NCBI GenBank assembly: GCA_040755995.1
Contig: JBFMAF010000010.1
Span: 64,001 to 128,000 of the forward strand
Source: Acidobacteriota bacterium
Lineage (GTDB): Bacteria > Acidobacteriota > CAIWXX01
Length of the DNA stretch: 64,000 bases
Direction: 5' to 3'
The notes under the pieces are model-generated. The model did not search any database, was not told where the DNA came from, and saw only the letters and a list, made by a program, of their open reading frames with translations. This document shows positions 47,701 to 59,200 of the stretch, in pieces (the first letter of the stretch is position 1; every line of letters begins with the position of its first letter). The translations under genes were made by a program, and so were the position numbers.

Positions 47701-47982
47701 GCGTTCCAGCTCCGCCTCGGGGTGCGGAGGAATCTGGAGCACCGGCGCTTCGAAAAGCGGCGGCAAGTAGACTACACCTGCGCCTTCGGTGAAGTACTCG
47801 ATCTCTCGTCTGCGCTCCGGCGTGGCCGTCTGCCGCGTGCCCACGACCAGGAGCGGAGTCCGGCGGGACAAACGCGCCAGCAGCAGGGAGCGGGCCCCCT
47901 CGGGAACGGCCACTGCCCCGCTCTCGGGGCAAGGCAACTCGTCGAGGATCTCGAACAGCGCTTTCAGCGCACCTTCGGCCAT
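44725..47982 (-). CDS. mfd: Transcription-repair coupling factor
   Basis: GDVGYGKTEVA, DEEQRFGV, SATPIPRT, QLRGRVGRS, TRCF C-terminus; start approximate. Confidence 0.96.
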   Translation of the reverse strand: MAEGALKALFEILDELPCPESGAVAVPEGARSLLLARLSRRTPLLVVGTRQTATPERRREIEYFTEGAGVVYLPPLFEAPVLQIPPHPEAELERVKGLMRCLDGTARVALMDWKSFITPVEDALGLIDRIKRIKVGDEISRDDLQETLVRNGYRREDLTTGPGEYSFRGAVVDVFSPYHEMPVRIEFELDRVVSLRTFDGFTQLSRETIPEVSLIPLHEQRRAMGHNVTDYLEGFRIVIEEPAQIAQELEQWKAGLHRQAELTVDLGTGDDAAALLLPMLLAGIERLDATLKEAPLTLQEFSTDALGTGLLPQRSFQGLIEEWVKDVQAKIDQGRRILVVLQSRGLVERVRELLNDRNVRAEFAGDRLHAGRLSLATGFLQKGFEWPSGYLDLYSETDVFGPLPEAPARPRRKSAAAFQADLRDLRPGDYVTHVECGIGLFKGLTKMEIEGQEREFMHLEYDGGDKLYVPMDRMELVEKYRAPGGAAPSVDKLGGTGWEKTKKRVKKAVEEMAVELLNLYAERRLVSGHAYGPDTTWQREFEEMFEYEPTEDQQHAIVDTKADLEREQPMDRLICGDVGYGKTEVAMRGAMKVVQEGKQVAVLAPTTVLAYQHWRTFRRRFEAFPIRTELLSRFRTKAEQAKVVTDLAAGTVDIVIGTHRLLSKDVSFRDLGLLVVDEEQRFGVAHKERVKQMKKNVDVMALSATPIPRTLQMSLAGIRDMSVIETPPRDRLAIHTQVLVFKPDVIQAAIRFELGRGGQVFFVHNRIESLPSLANFLMRLCPEARISIAHGQMAEKDLEARMQEFVDGRTDVLLSTSIIENGLDIPRVNTLIVNRADKFGLAQLYQLRGRVGRSSRRAYAYLLVPEQNVLSAVARKRLAALKEFTDLGAGFRIAAMDLELRGAGSLLGHRQHGHMEAVGYDMYCRLLERTVEEFRSGRPVEEPAPVTINLGWDIRIDESYIPDTNQRLQMYKRVSSASCEEDLAAIRAEMQDRYGKMPEGADRLFAYGRIKAEAKRAGVRSIDLRGRDIVFRFPETPSVSPDRILDVARVQGGRLQPGGQVSLVLRGSEEVAARILEFLEALSAA

Positions 47983-48169
47983 GGCGACGGTTATACTATC
48001 GCCTCCGCCCGCAGTTCGCACCCCCGCGATGGTGCTGCCGTGCCTTACCCGGCTGGGTGGCCAACCCTCATGTAGCTATTACACGCGCTCAAGTAACCCG
48101 AGGCGATCGCAACATCTCCGTGGCTCTAAATCAGGAGACGCTTCGGGTACCGCCGCTCTGCCTTGCCCA

Positions 48170-49069
48170 TCACCTTCCAAAGCGAAATGCGGTGAATTGT
48201 GCGTTCATGCGGCTCCCTTGTCCATTGGTGAACTGAGTCATGCACGAGTCATCGGTGTAGTCCATGAAGTTGTGGATCGGGTCCCGGCCGCGGCTCGGGC
48301 AGGTATTGCGCCGTTTGGGGCAGCCGAATGCAGGGGATTTCTCAGCCGGCGTGTCCGAGACGTAGTCGCCTTTGCCTCGGCACCCACCTTGGAACGTGTG
48401 ATATAGACCCATCCAGTGGCCCACCTCGTGTGTGCCGGTGTCGCCGAGATTGTACGGCGCAGCAGTGCCGCCGGGCAGAGAGGAGTACAAGAGAACGACT
48501 CCATCCATCGTCGGGTTCCCGCCGTAGCTCGACGGAAACGTGGCCCACCCGAGAAGATCCTGTTTGAGAGACGCCGTGTAGATGTTCAGGTCGTCGGCAG
48601 AGCCCTGCCGGAGCGCGGCCTTCGCGCTCGCCTCCTCAGGAGTCCCCATCCCCATGTTGAACCACGTGGGGTTCGTTTGACGGTCGATCGTGACCAGGTT
48701 GAAGATCCATCCGTATGGCCCGTACGCGGCGTTCAAGACCGCGATCTGAGCCAGAACCTGGCTATCCGGGACATCGCCGTTCGGGATGCCGGGGCCCTTG
48801 CTGATCACGTGGAAATAGACGTCGACGACTCCTCCCAGCTGCGCGTCTGCGATATCCAGACCCATCTCCCTCAGCACCTCGGCCGCCAGTGCTTCGTCAC
48901 GCGTGATTCTCGCCGGGTCAATGTACGTTCCGCAGCGGCGCCACCCGGTCCCGGCGAGCTCGCCGGTGGTTTCGTCAGCCTCGGCGTATCCCAAAGTGCC
49001 CGGCACGGCCGCCAGAGCACATGCAACCCCAATCGTCAGCGTAGCCATCCGAATACTTCGTCCGGTCAT
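48170..49069 (-). CDS. Secreted pappalysin/ulilysin-family (M43) zinc metalloprotease
   Basis: Cys-switch RRCGT, HEVGHWMGLYHTF, NFMDYTDD. Confidence 0.9.
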   Translation of the reverse strand: MTGRSIRMATLTIGVACALAAVPGTLGYAEADETTGELAGTGWRRCGTYIDPARITRDEALAAEVLREMGLDIADAQLGGVVDVYFHVISKGPGIPNGDVPDSQVLAQIAVLNAAYGPYGWIFNLVTIDRQTNPTWFNMGMGTPEEASAKAALRQGSADDLNIYTASLKQDLLGWATFPSSYGGNPTMDGVVLLYSSLPGGTAAPYNLGDTGTHEVGHWMGLYHTFQGGCRGKGDYVSDTPAEKSPAFGCPKRRNTCPSRGRDPIHNFMDYTDDSCMTQFTNGQGSRMNAQFTAFRFGR

Positions 49070-49238
49070 CTATCCCTCCACTCTCTATCCGACCACATGG
49101 TGCAAACATCACTCACGATAGCCCCTGCGACTATGATACTCGCTATCGATTCCGTAGTGAAGAGGATCGGCTCGCTTTTCTTGGGCCGGCTGGGTTTCAG
49201 AATCGGTGGGGGGCTCAGGGCGCGGAGGCGGTGAAGCC

Positions 49239-49580
49239 TCACAGATCGAGGACAAGTCTCAAACCGTCCTCAACGCTTTGGAGCAGACGGACAGGCAGCT
49301 TTCCGACACATTCTGTGAGAAACCGTTGGTCGACCGTGAGCACTTGGGACACGTTCGCCACAGAGTCACTTGGTAGATCTGTTTGTGCGCTCGGCAGGAG
49401 GACATTACCAGGGGCGTCTGCGTGCTTGAGGTTCGTAGTGATGGCAACCACGACCACGGTTCCAATCTTGCTGCGGTTGAAGGACTCGGCTTGCACGACG
49501 AGGACCGGTCTACGATGACCGGGGCCAGAGCCCGCAGGTTCCGGCAGAGATGCCCACCAGATCTCCCCGCGGTGGATCAC
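49239..49580 (-). CDS. mazF: MazF/PemK-family endoribonuclease toxin
   Basis: RGEIWWASL..P.GS..GHRRPVLVVQ...FNRS...VAITTN. Confidence 0.92.
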   Translation of the reverse strand: MIHRGEIWWASLPEPAGSGPGHRRPVLVVQAESFNRSKIGTVVVVAITTNLKHADAPGNVLLPSAQTDLPSDSVANVSQVLTVDQRFLTECVGKLPVRLLQSVEDGLRLVLDL

Positions 49581-49816
49581 CGATTGCCCGCCCGTGCGAT
49601 GGTCAGATTCTGAAGCTCAGCTAGGACGGGATCGACGCTCGATGGCTCGATCCCGTACACGCGGTCCAGGGCCTCCGTGATACGCTCGCTGCTGCGCGCC
49701 CTCACGAATTCATTGAGCGCGTCTGCATAGAGCTTGCTGCGCGAAATGTGCATCCGCCTCGCCAGACCTTCCGCGGCCTTGAAAAGCGGAGTCGGTATGG
49801 AAACTGCTGTCTTCAC
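49577..49816 (-). CDS. RHH antitoxin cognate to MazF
   Basis: MKTAVSIP..LF..AE..A...ISRSKLY..AL; overlaps the mazF start. Confidence 0.85.
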   Translation of the reverse strand: MKTAVSIPTPLFKAAEGLARRMHISRSKLYADALNEFVRARSSERITEALDRVYGIEPSSVDPVLAELQNLTIARAGNR

Positions 49817-49822
49817 GGCCAG

Positions 49823-49852
49823 AGTATAACCCGAGTTATACCAGAATGTCAA
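49823..49852 (-). promoter_or_regulatory. TA promoter with palindromic operator
   Basis: TTGACA-N18-TATACT overlapping the inverted repeat GTATAAC-ccga-GTTATAC (49824-49841). Confidence 0.7.
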
Positions 49853-49909
49853 GCCGCACACTCCGGCCGTCCGACCGCGGCAGCCGCGCGAACCTGCTCG
49901 CCCGGGCGG

Positions 49910-52204
<2,295 letters not shown>

Positions 52205-52484
52205 GATTGCTTTCCCCCTTTATGATTTGAATCAAGGACTCTCGGGCCTGGCGAATCCGGCTCGCCGATGCCGCCACGTGAATCCACCTGTGATCCGGTA
52301 CCGATGCCGCCCCGCGTACATCTCGCGGCGTCGGCGGGTCGGGTGGAATTCCTCGCTGTCACCAGGCGATGATAGTCCTCTCGGGCGGTCCTGTAAAGCA
52401 GATCAAGCGGTGCCGCGACGCTATGGCGTCGCAGCACCGCTGGAAAGACCGTCGCCGGGGGCGGCCTGGCAGGCTAAGCCGTAC

Positions 52485-53393
52485 TCATCGCTGTGCGGCC
52501 CCGTCGCAGCCCCCGTTGATGATCCTGTGATGCTCGATCGCCTGCTCATCGGACGACGTGGCATCCGCCGGTGCGGATGCGCCAGCAGCGGAGGTCCAGG
52601 TCGCTTGCCACGTGCCGGACTGATACAGGTACCCGCACGGGTAGATGTATAGGCCCGTGTACGCATAGGTTCCCGTGGCTGTGGTGGCCGAGGTGAACTG
52701 CCCGGTGAAGCTGAATGTGCTGCCGGTGAAGCTAAACGAGCCGCCGCTGATGCTGCCTGGGCCCGGCACCGTGGTCTCCGTCCATCCCCAGCAGGACCCG
52801 AAGTTGAAATCGGTCTTCAGCGTGAAGGTCGAGTATTGCGTCCCGCCCGAGAGCACTAGAAAGGACATCGGCTGCGAACGGCTGGTCGTGCCGGTCCAGG
52901 TTCCGGCCGTCGGCACTATGCCCCCACCCGAGCAGTAGATACTCCAGGTGAACGAGGACCACGAAGCCTTCATCTTGTACTTCCTCGGGCCCCACTGCGT
53001 TGTGCCACATGCATCGACCGCGTAGAACGTGTACCTCCGTCCAGCCTCCAGACGCAGCCGCCTCACCGTGTAGGTACCTGGTCCAGTTGCATACCCCTTG
53101 TACTTCCCATCAATGTAAAGCAGCACCTTTCCCCCACAAACGCAGTTCCAATTCAAGATCTTCCAATAGAACTTGATGGAGTTCGCGTCCTGGGGAGACG
53201 TCGCCATCGAATCCTCGCCGCCGACCAATTGCAGCTCCTCGCCGCCAGCCTCCAACCCTCGCACGGCGATCGCTGATTCCAGGGCTTCGCCCGGTACGAG
53301 ATCGTTTCCTCGAGTAGCCGCCGGAGCGGCGGCGCAGACTGCCGCAAGTCCCATGACGAACGCGGCGACTATGAATGCCATTCTCGACCTCAT
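52485..53393 (-). CDS. Secreted hypothetical beta-rich protein
   Basis: AAAGGAGG RBS, signal peptide MRSRMAFIVAAFVMGLAAVCAA; Cys/Trp/Thr-rich two-part mature region. Confidence 0.7.
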   Translation of the reverse strand: MRSRMAFIVAAFVMGLAAVCAAAPAATRGNDLVPGEALESAIAVRGLEAGGEELQLVGGEDSMATSPQDANSIKFYWKILNWNCVCGGKVLLYIDGKYKGYATGPGTYTVRRLRLEAGRRYTFYAVDACGTTQWGPRKYKMKASWSSFTWSIYCSGGGIVPTAGTWTGTTSRSQPMSFLVLSGGTQYSTFTLKTDFNFGSCWGWTETTVPGPGSISGGSFSFTGSTFSFTGQFTSATTATGTYAYTGLYIYPCGYLYQSGTWQATWTSAAGASAPADATSSDEQAIEHHRIINGGCDGAAQR

Positions 53394-53511
53394 CGAATCC
53401 TCCTTTCGGGCAACCCACATCTGGACCGTCGACTTCCAACGGGGCAGTCCCACTGAACCTTCAGGTTGGTTTATTACCGTAATCCCATGTCGCGGGGCTG
53501 TTGGCACCGTA

Positions 53512-54282
53512 CTACCTGCCGCAAACGTTGTCAAACGATGCCTTGGTCCCGCTGCCGGAGACAATAAGCCAGACTGTGTCCTGGTCCGGAACAGTGCTGG
53601 TTGTCCCAGAGATCTTGTAGACCTCTTTCCCATTGATTCGCAGCGCAACTCTGTTCGACGCGTAGACAATCCCGATCTTCGTTACGGCCCCGTAGTTCTT
53701 GGCTCCGGCGACGCACCAGCTGTAGCTGTTCCAGTCATAGAAGAGCATGCCGGCGCGCCCGTCTCTCATGAGCACTCCGCCGAACCCATCAATTCTGTAG
53801 CTTCCGATCTGGAACACAGGGCCTTCGTCGTTGAACGGCTGGAAGCCCATCCAGTTGTTATTGACCTTTTTCGCCATGTTCATTTCGAGGGTGAAGAACT
53901 TGCCCGGGTTGAACGTGTGAGCGATGCGGCCGAGGTAGCTCCCGCTGGTGCTGGTCAGCTCCAGCCGCCCTCCCACCATCTTCCTGGATGCATAGCTGGT
54001 TGTCCAGCCCGGCAGCGCTGGCGCGCTGAAGGTCTCAGAGAGCCATGAGCAGCCGGCGGGGTAGGCCGGCTCGGCGAATGGAGCGTCCAACGCCGGTTCG
54101 CCGATCATGACCAGCTCGTCATGTGCCTCGATTGCCGCCAGCATGACCTGCCGGGCATCCGCCAGCGAACCCTTCCTGGGCCAGTGCCGATCGCGCGAGT
54201 GAATGTTTCCGGGCGCAATGACCAAGATTGCTCCGAGCGAAAGCACGATCGAACCCGTTAACAATAGCCTTGTCGACCACAT
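53512..54282 (-). CDS. Secreted hypothetical protein with a ConA/DUF1080-like beta-sandwich
   Basis: AAAGGAGG RBS, signal peptide MWSTRLLLTGSIVLSLGAILVIA; C-terminal LRINGKEV...ASFDNV. Confidence 0.7.
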   Translation of the reverse strand: MWSTRLLLTGSIVLSLGAILVIAPGNIHSRDRHWPRKGSLADARQVMLAAIEAHDELVMIGEPALDAPFAEPAYPAGCSWLSETFSAPALPGWTTSYASRKMVGGRLELTSTSGSYLGRIAHTFNPGKFFTLEMNMAKKVNNNWMGFQPFNDEGPVFQIGSYRIDGFGGVLMRDGRAGMLFYDWNSYSWCVAGAKNYGAVTKIGIVYASNRVALRINGKEVYKISGTTSTVPDQDTVWLIVSGSGTKASFDNVCGR

Positions 54283-54419
54283 AACGAACCTCCTTTGTTT
54301 GAAAGACGAGTCCAATACATCCGTTCCGGTGTGGACCAGTTGCTCGGCCTCCGGACGATTCCCTATGGTCCGATGCCCCGGCCCACTTTTCATTCCATTT
54401 ACTCCCTGGTTCATTCAGT

Positions 54420-54446
54420 AGTGGGATCTCGACAGAAACATTTCAT
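54420..54446 (-). promoter_or_regulatory. Putative ECF promoter, copy upstream of the secreted genes
   Basis: ATGAAATG-tttctgtcgag-ATCCCACT. Confidence 0.65.
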
Positions 54447-54554
54447 GCCCGGGCGGCATTCGGGTTTCCACAGTCCATTCCGATCGAAGCCAAAGGTGCA
54501 ATGGAAGGGCCGCGACGGCGCGAGGGGAACAGACAGCGAGCCGTCTGGATGCAG

Positions 54555-55511
54555 CTACTGAAGTTGTATCGAGAAGGAGTAGTCGGCTATGCCCTCGAAT
54601 GTGCCGTCGGCAGCCGGTGCACTTACCGTGAGAATGTAGTCACCGGTCTTCAGGGCCGCAGCGGGGATCATGACGGACAGGACTGGCTCCGCGGGAGTCG
54701 CGGCCAGGCGTACCTCCTGGCTCCAGACGCTCGTGCCCTCGGGCGTGGACACAGTCGTGCGATACGAGCTCGTTTCGAGGGCTGGCTCGACCTCGACCCG
54801 TGCCTGAACAAACTGTGTCTCACGATGAACAACGAGCTTCTGCGCTCCGGCTCCGCGCACCAGGGGGACGAGATCGACGCTCACGAATTGAGGCGGTGCC
54901 GCGGCCGGGCCGCCGGCGACGGGGCCCGGGGCAGGAGCATTCTCACCGCTCGGTGACCGCACTTCGCCGGATCCGCCGCCTCTCAGGAGCCCTGCGATCC
55001 TCCGTTCCAGCATACGCTCGTTCTGTTCAGCCCTTTCCTTCTCCGCCACCATGCTCTGATAGCGCACTTCAGCTCGATGATATTCGAAAGCGAGCCATAC
55101 ACAGAGGAGCACCATTCCCGTCGCGAATGACAGCTGAACAACCGGGGTCTGGAGGCGGAGCAGCGCTACAAAGGCCCGCAATATCGATGACAGCCGGGAC
55201 TCAGATGCCGGTTCCCGCGCCGGTCTTTCCGCCTGCGCGGCAGCCCAATCAATCAGAGATCTTGCGAAGCGCACTCTCTCCATTCGCGCCGGCGTCGTGA
55301 GGAAGTTCTTCTCGAACAACACCTTCTTGTCCGCCGTAAGCTCATCTTTCACGTATTGGTCGATGAGCTCGTCCTCGACGACGCTGATCCGCTCGAACAG
55401 CGCATCATCGGTCATGTAGCGCTTTTCGAGCTCGATCTCTTCATCCGCCGGCAGACTCCTGAGGAGGTAGTCAACGATGAGTTCGTCTTCCATTCTGCTC
55501 GTCCGGCTCAT
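54555..55511 (-). CDS. Putative membrane-spanning anti-sigma factor
   Basis: N-terminal helical repeat DYLLRSL..EE..LE..Y / DQYV.DEL..DK..LFE..F, one TM, coiled coil, Gly/Pro linker, Ig-like C-terminus (GDYILTV...YSFSI); directly after the ECF gene. Confidence 0.7.
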   Translation of the reverse strand: MSRTSRMEDELIVDYLLRSLPADEEIELEKRYMTDDALFERISVVEDELIDQYVKDELTADKKVLFEKNFLTTPARMERVRFARSLIDWAAAQAERPAREPASESRLSSILRAFVALLRLQTPVVQLSFATGMVLLCVWLAFEYHRAEVRYQSMVAEKERAEQNERMLERRIAGLLRGGGSGEVRSPSGENAPAPGPVAGGPAAAPPQFVSVDLVPLVRGAGAQKLVVHRETQFVQARVEVEPALETSSYRTTVSTPEGTSVWSQEVRLAATPAEPVLSVMIPAAALKTGDYILTVSAPAADGTFEGIADYSFSIQLQ

Positions 55512-55527
55512 AAGGCTCCCTTATTCC

Positions 55528-55554
55528 AGTGGGATACTCCCCGAATCATTTCAT
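55528..55554 (-). promoter_or_regulatory. Putative ECF promoter, copy upstream of the anti-sigma, overlapping the sigma stop codon
   Basis: ATGAAATG-attcggggagt-ATCCCACT. Confidence 0.65.
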
Positions 55555-56154
55555 CAGTGCTTCAATGCACGCCCGGATCTCTTCCTTGATCCGGAGTATC
55601 CGAAGTCTCAGTGCATTGATCGAGACGCCCAACCGGCGGGCGAGCTCGTTTCTGGCCTCGATCTTGGCGCGCCCTCTGTCGCCGTAATAAGCGATGACCA
55701 GGTCGCGCTCCTGCTGAGCCAGTCGGCCCATGCACTCGTTCAGAGACTCGATCCTTTGTTCCTTGCTGAGTCTCTCCGCCTCCTCCGCCTCCTGCTCGAC
55801 CGGGTTGACCGCAGGTTCCACCAGACAGCCCGCGCCTCCGGTCTTCGCCGTGGCGTCCCAGTACTCGTGCAGCACGTTTCTGGCTACGCCAAGGAAGTAG
55901 GTCGCAGGCTGATCGGCCATGATGACAAGGCCGTCGTTCAGCCTGGCTGCCACACGGAAGAACACTTCGTCGGCCAGGTCGGCGGCACTTGGGCAGCCCT
56001 TCCACTCGAGAAACCGGATCAGCTTCCTGCGAATAAGCAGGTACTGCTCGCCGGCGCGATCCGGGTCCGGATGGAGCTGCGACATCAAGAGGCGCAGCGA
56101 GTCTGCGGTGAGAGCCCTCGCTCGCTTCCGCGGCTCCGAGGCCTCACCCGTCAT
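55546..56154 (-). CDS. ECF (sigma-70 group 4) sigma factor
   Basis: Region 2 AADLADEVF...YFLGVARNVLHE; region 4 CMGRL..QERDLVIAYY...ELARRLGVSINALRLRILRIK. Confidence 0.85.
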   Translation of the reverse strand: MTGEASEPRKRARALTADSLRLLMSQLHPDPDRAGEQYLLIRRKLIRFLEWKGCPSAADLADEVFFRVAARLNDGLVIMADQPATYFLGVARNVLHEYWDATAKTGGAGCLVEPAVNPVEQEAEEAERLSKEQRIESLNECMGRLAQQERDLVIAYYGDRGRAKIEARNELARRLGVSINALRLRILRIKEEIRACIEALMK

Positions 56155-56262
56155 GGTTGTCCGCGGCCCGGCCTACAGGCGTCGAGCCGGCAGTGCTATA
56201 CAGCGCGTCATGCACTACGCCGACTCGTTGAAGTCCTTGCGGACTTATGACCCGCTGTACAG

Positions 56263-59200
56263 TCAATTCCAGTCGCCCTGGAGCACGAACGCGGCCCAGT
56301 AGAACGGCTGGGACCATCGCGGGCTCTTCAGCATCCCGATCTGAGCGGCGCGGAGGGCCGCCGCTGGAGGCAGGCGCCGCGTGCCCAGCATGGCGTCGTA
56401 GAAGCGGTTCATGAGCTCCGCGGTCGCGGTATCCTCCACCTTCCACAGACTCGCCAGTACACGTTTCGATCCCGCATACATGAAGCCTCTGGTAAGGCCC
56501 ACAAGACCCTCTCCCTTGATCTCCTTGCCGAGCGCCGTCTGGCAGGCGCTCAGCACGACGAGGTCCGCCGCGAGCCTCATGTTGTAAATGTCATAGAGCT
56601 TGAGGAATCCGTCCTGAGGGCCGCCCTTCGGATCGACGAGTGAAAGGAGGACGCCCGACAGCTCAGGGGTGACATTGTCGAGGATCCCGTGCGTCGCGAA
56701 GTGCACAATTCTATATTGGGAGATTTCGTCGCTCATGGCGGTCCCCCTGCTGGCATCGAAGTCCATAGCCAGCTTCCGGAGGGCGGCGGGTACTGAACGA
56801 GTGATGGACTGAGCTTCTCGGCGGGTAAAAGGGAGTCGTGGAATCGCGACCGAGCCCTGCCCCAGGCCAATATCGCGCACCGCGCGTCCGACGCCGAAGG
56901 GGGACACAGGCGTCTCAACGTTGCCGGTGGATGCTGATGCCCCCACGCGAGGATCACCGCGCTCGAACACGGGATCGGCGAACACCGCTACCGTCTTCGA
57001 CGCCGGCTTCCGATCGCCCACTTCTCGTCTCAGCTCGGCCAAGGCGGATGCTGAGGGAAGGTTCAGCACTTCGCATCGGGCGACGAGCGGTTCATACGCC
57101 TGGCGCGGCCCTGCGCCCTCGGATGGCGGCAGGGGCAGAGCGGCGAATGGCACGTACTGCAGCGCTCCGTCAGCGACTACCAGCAGCCGTCTGGGGCTCA
57201 GCTTCGCCAGTGGGCCAAGGATCATCTGGCTCAGGCTGACGGCAGCGGTGCGAAAGTCCAAATCCGCTCGTTCGATGCGCGCGCGCCTCGCCGTCAAGCT
57301 CTCGCCGTCGACTTGCCGATTGCGTTCATTCAGCAGACGATAGACGTCGCGAGCCGAGGCCTCGATCTCCGCGCGTCCCGGCAGCCTGTAGGAATCCAGT
57401 CGATCGGGCCCGACGACCCAGCAGTAGCTTTCCTCATCGCCCAGCGCGTATTCCAGGAGGAACGCGCCTTCCCCGGTGATTTCTTCTTGAATCTGCCCGA
57501 CTCCGAGGGGCGCGGGCTGCGTCAGGGCAGCGTAATGAGGGCTCTTCTCGCGTATCTCCGCCTCAACCTGCTGGTACTCATGCGTGAGTGATGCGATCTC
57601 GCTCGCAAGGGCGGCGGCCTGCGCCGGCGTGTGTTTTCCGCTGAGGAGGCGTATCTGGCGTTCGGCCTTGGCACTCAGCCGCTCCCTCAGAGACCTCTCC
57701 TTCTGCAGGAGCGCTTCATCGACGCCCGCGCGTATGTCGATGCTGCCCTCGGCAAGCATCTCCAGGAGGCTCCGCGCTCGAGCGCGCTCGCTGGCCTCCA
57801 GTGCCTCCCGCTCATGTCCCTCCTCGGTCTTCTGCCGATTCATCTCCATGAGTAGTCGTATATAGAACTCGTAGTATCGCTGGGCCGTGGCGAAGTAGGA
57901 CGCGCGGAGCTTCTCCGTTGCCAGTCCTGCCCGGATTGACTCGACGATATCGAGGGCGGCCTCGATATCGCGGCGCGCTTCGGATAGCTTGCCGGCGGTG
58001 AACTCCAGCTCGGCGAGTCCCCAAAGCGTCTCAGCCTCGCCGCCCCGGTCGGCGACGTCGCGTCGCACGGACAGAGCACCGTTCAGATATTCTGTGGACT
58101 CCTGGACATGGCCGACGGACTTCTCGGCCATGCCCATGTTGTGGAGGGTTGCGGCCTCTCCAAACTTGTCCCCGGTTTGAATCCGCAGCGGGAGTGCCTG
58201 GTTGTAATACTCCATCGCCTTCTGCGGCTGGTCCGCCTTCGCATAGGCGCTTCCGATGTTGTGCAGAACGTTCGCCTCTTCCGACCGGTCCTGCACGGAC
58301 CTGGCTAGCGACAAGGCCTTATCGTAGTAACCCAGCGCTTCCTGCGTGTCTCCCAGACTCACCCGAACGGCTCCCATGTTGTTCATGACTACGGCCTGGC
58401 CCCCACGATTCCCTGCCGCCTCCCAGAGCGCCTGGGACCGCTTGTAGTAGCTCAGCGCCGTCTCAGTCTCTCCGACTGAGTTGTACAGATCGCCGACGTT
58501 GTTCAGGACTGATGCTTCAGTGTCCTTGTCGCCGACGTCCCTAAGTAGACCGAGAGCCGCGTTGTAATCATCGAGCGCCGCCTGTATCTCGTCCAATGAT
58601 GACAATGCGGCGCCGATGTTCGACAGCGTTATGGCCTCGCCCCTCTTGTCGTTCAGGGCACGGCGCAGGGGCAACGCCTGGTTATGATACTCGAGTGCCT
58701 TGCGCTTCTCGCCCAACGAATCATAGACCGCCGCGATATTGTTGAGCGTGATCACTTCACCCATGGCTTCCTTCGCTTCGCGGACGATGGCCAAGACCCG
58801 TGTGTAGCATTCGAGCGCCTTCGCGTTCTCGCTGACAGACCAGTAGACAAGGCCCAGGTTGTTGAGCGCCCCGGCCTCTCCCATCTTGTCCCCACGCGTC
58901 CTCAGTATCGCCACAGACCGATTCAGGCTCTCGATCGCCCGGTCTTTGTTCCCAAGTGCGTTATTGATCAGGCCGATATTGGCGAGCATCTCCGCTTCGC
59001 CCGCTTCGTCCTTCAATGCGCGAATGATGTCGATCGCCTTCGTGAAGTGGTCTAGTGAGCTCGGCATGTCGCCGCGGAGGTACGAGATCTCGCCCAGCTT
59101 GGAGAGTGTGAGCGCGCACTTCTGATCTTCGGCGGCTGCGCGGAAGTGCTTCAGGGCTCCGTCGTACTTTCCTGCCGCATTCCCGAGCGATTCAGCAGTC

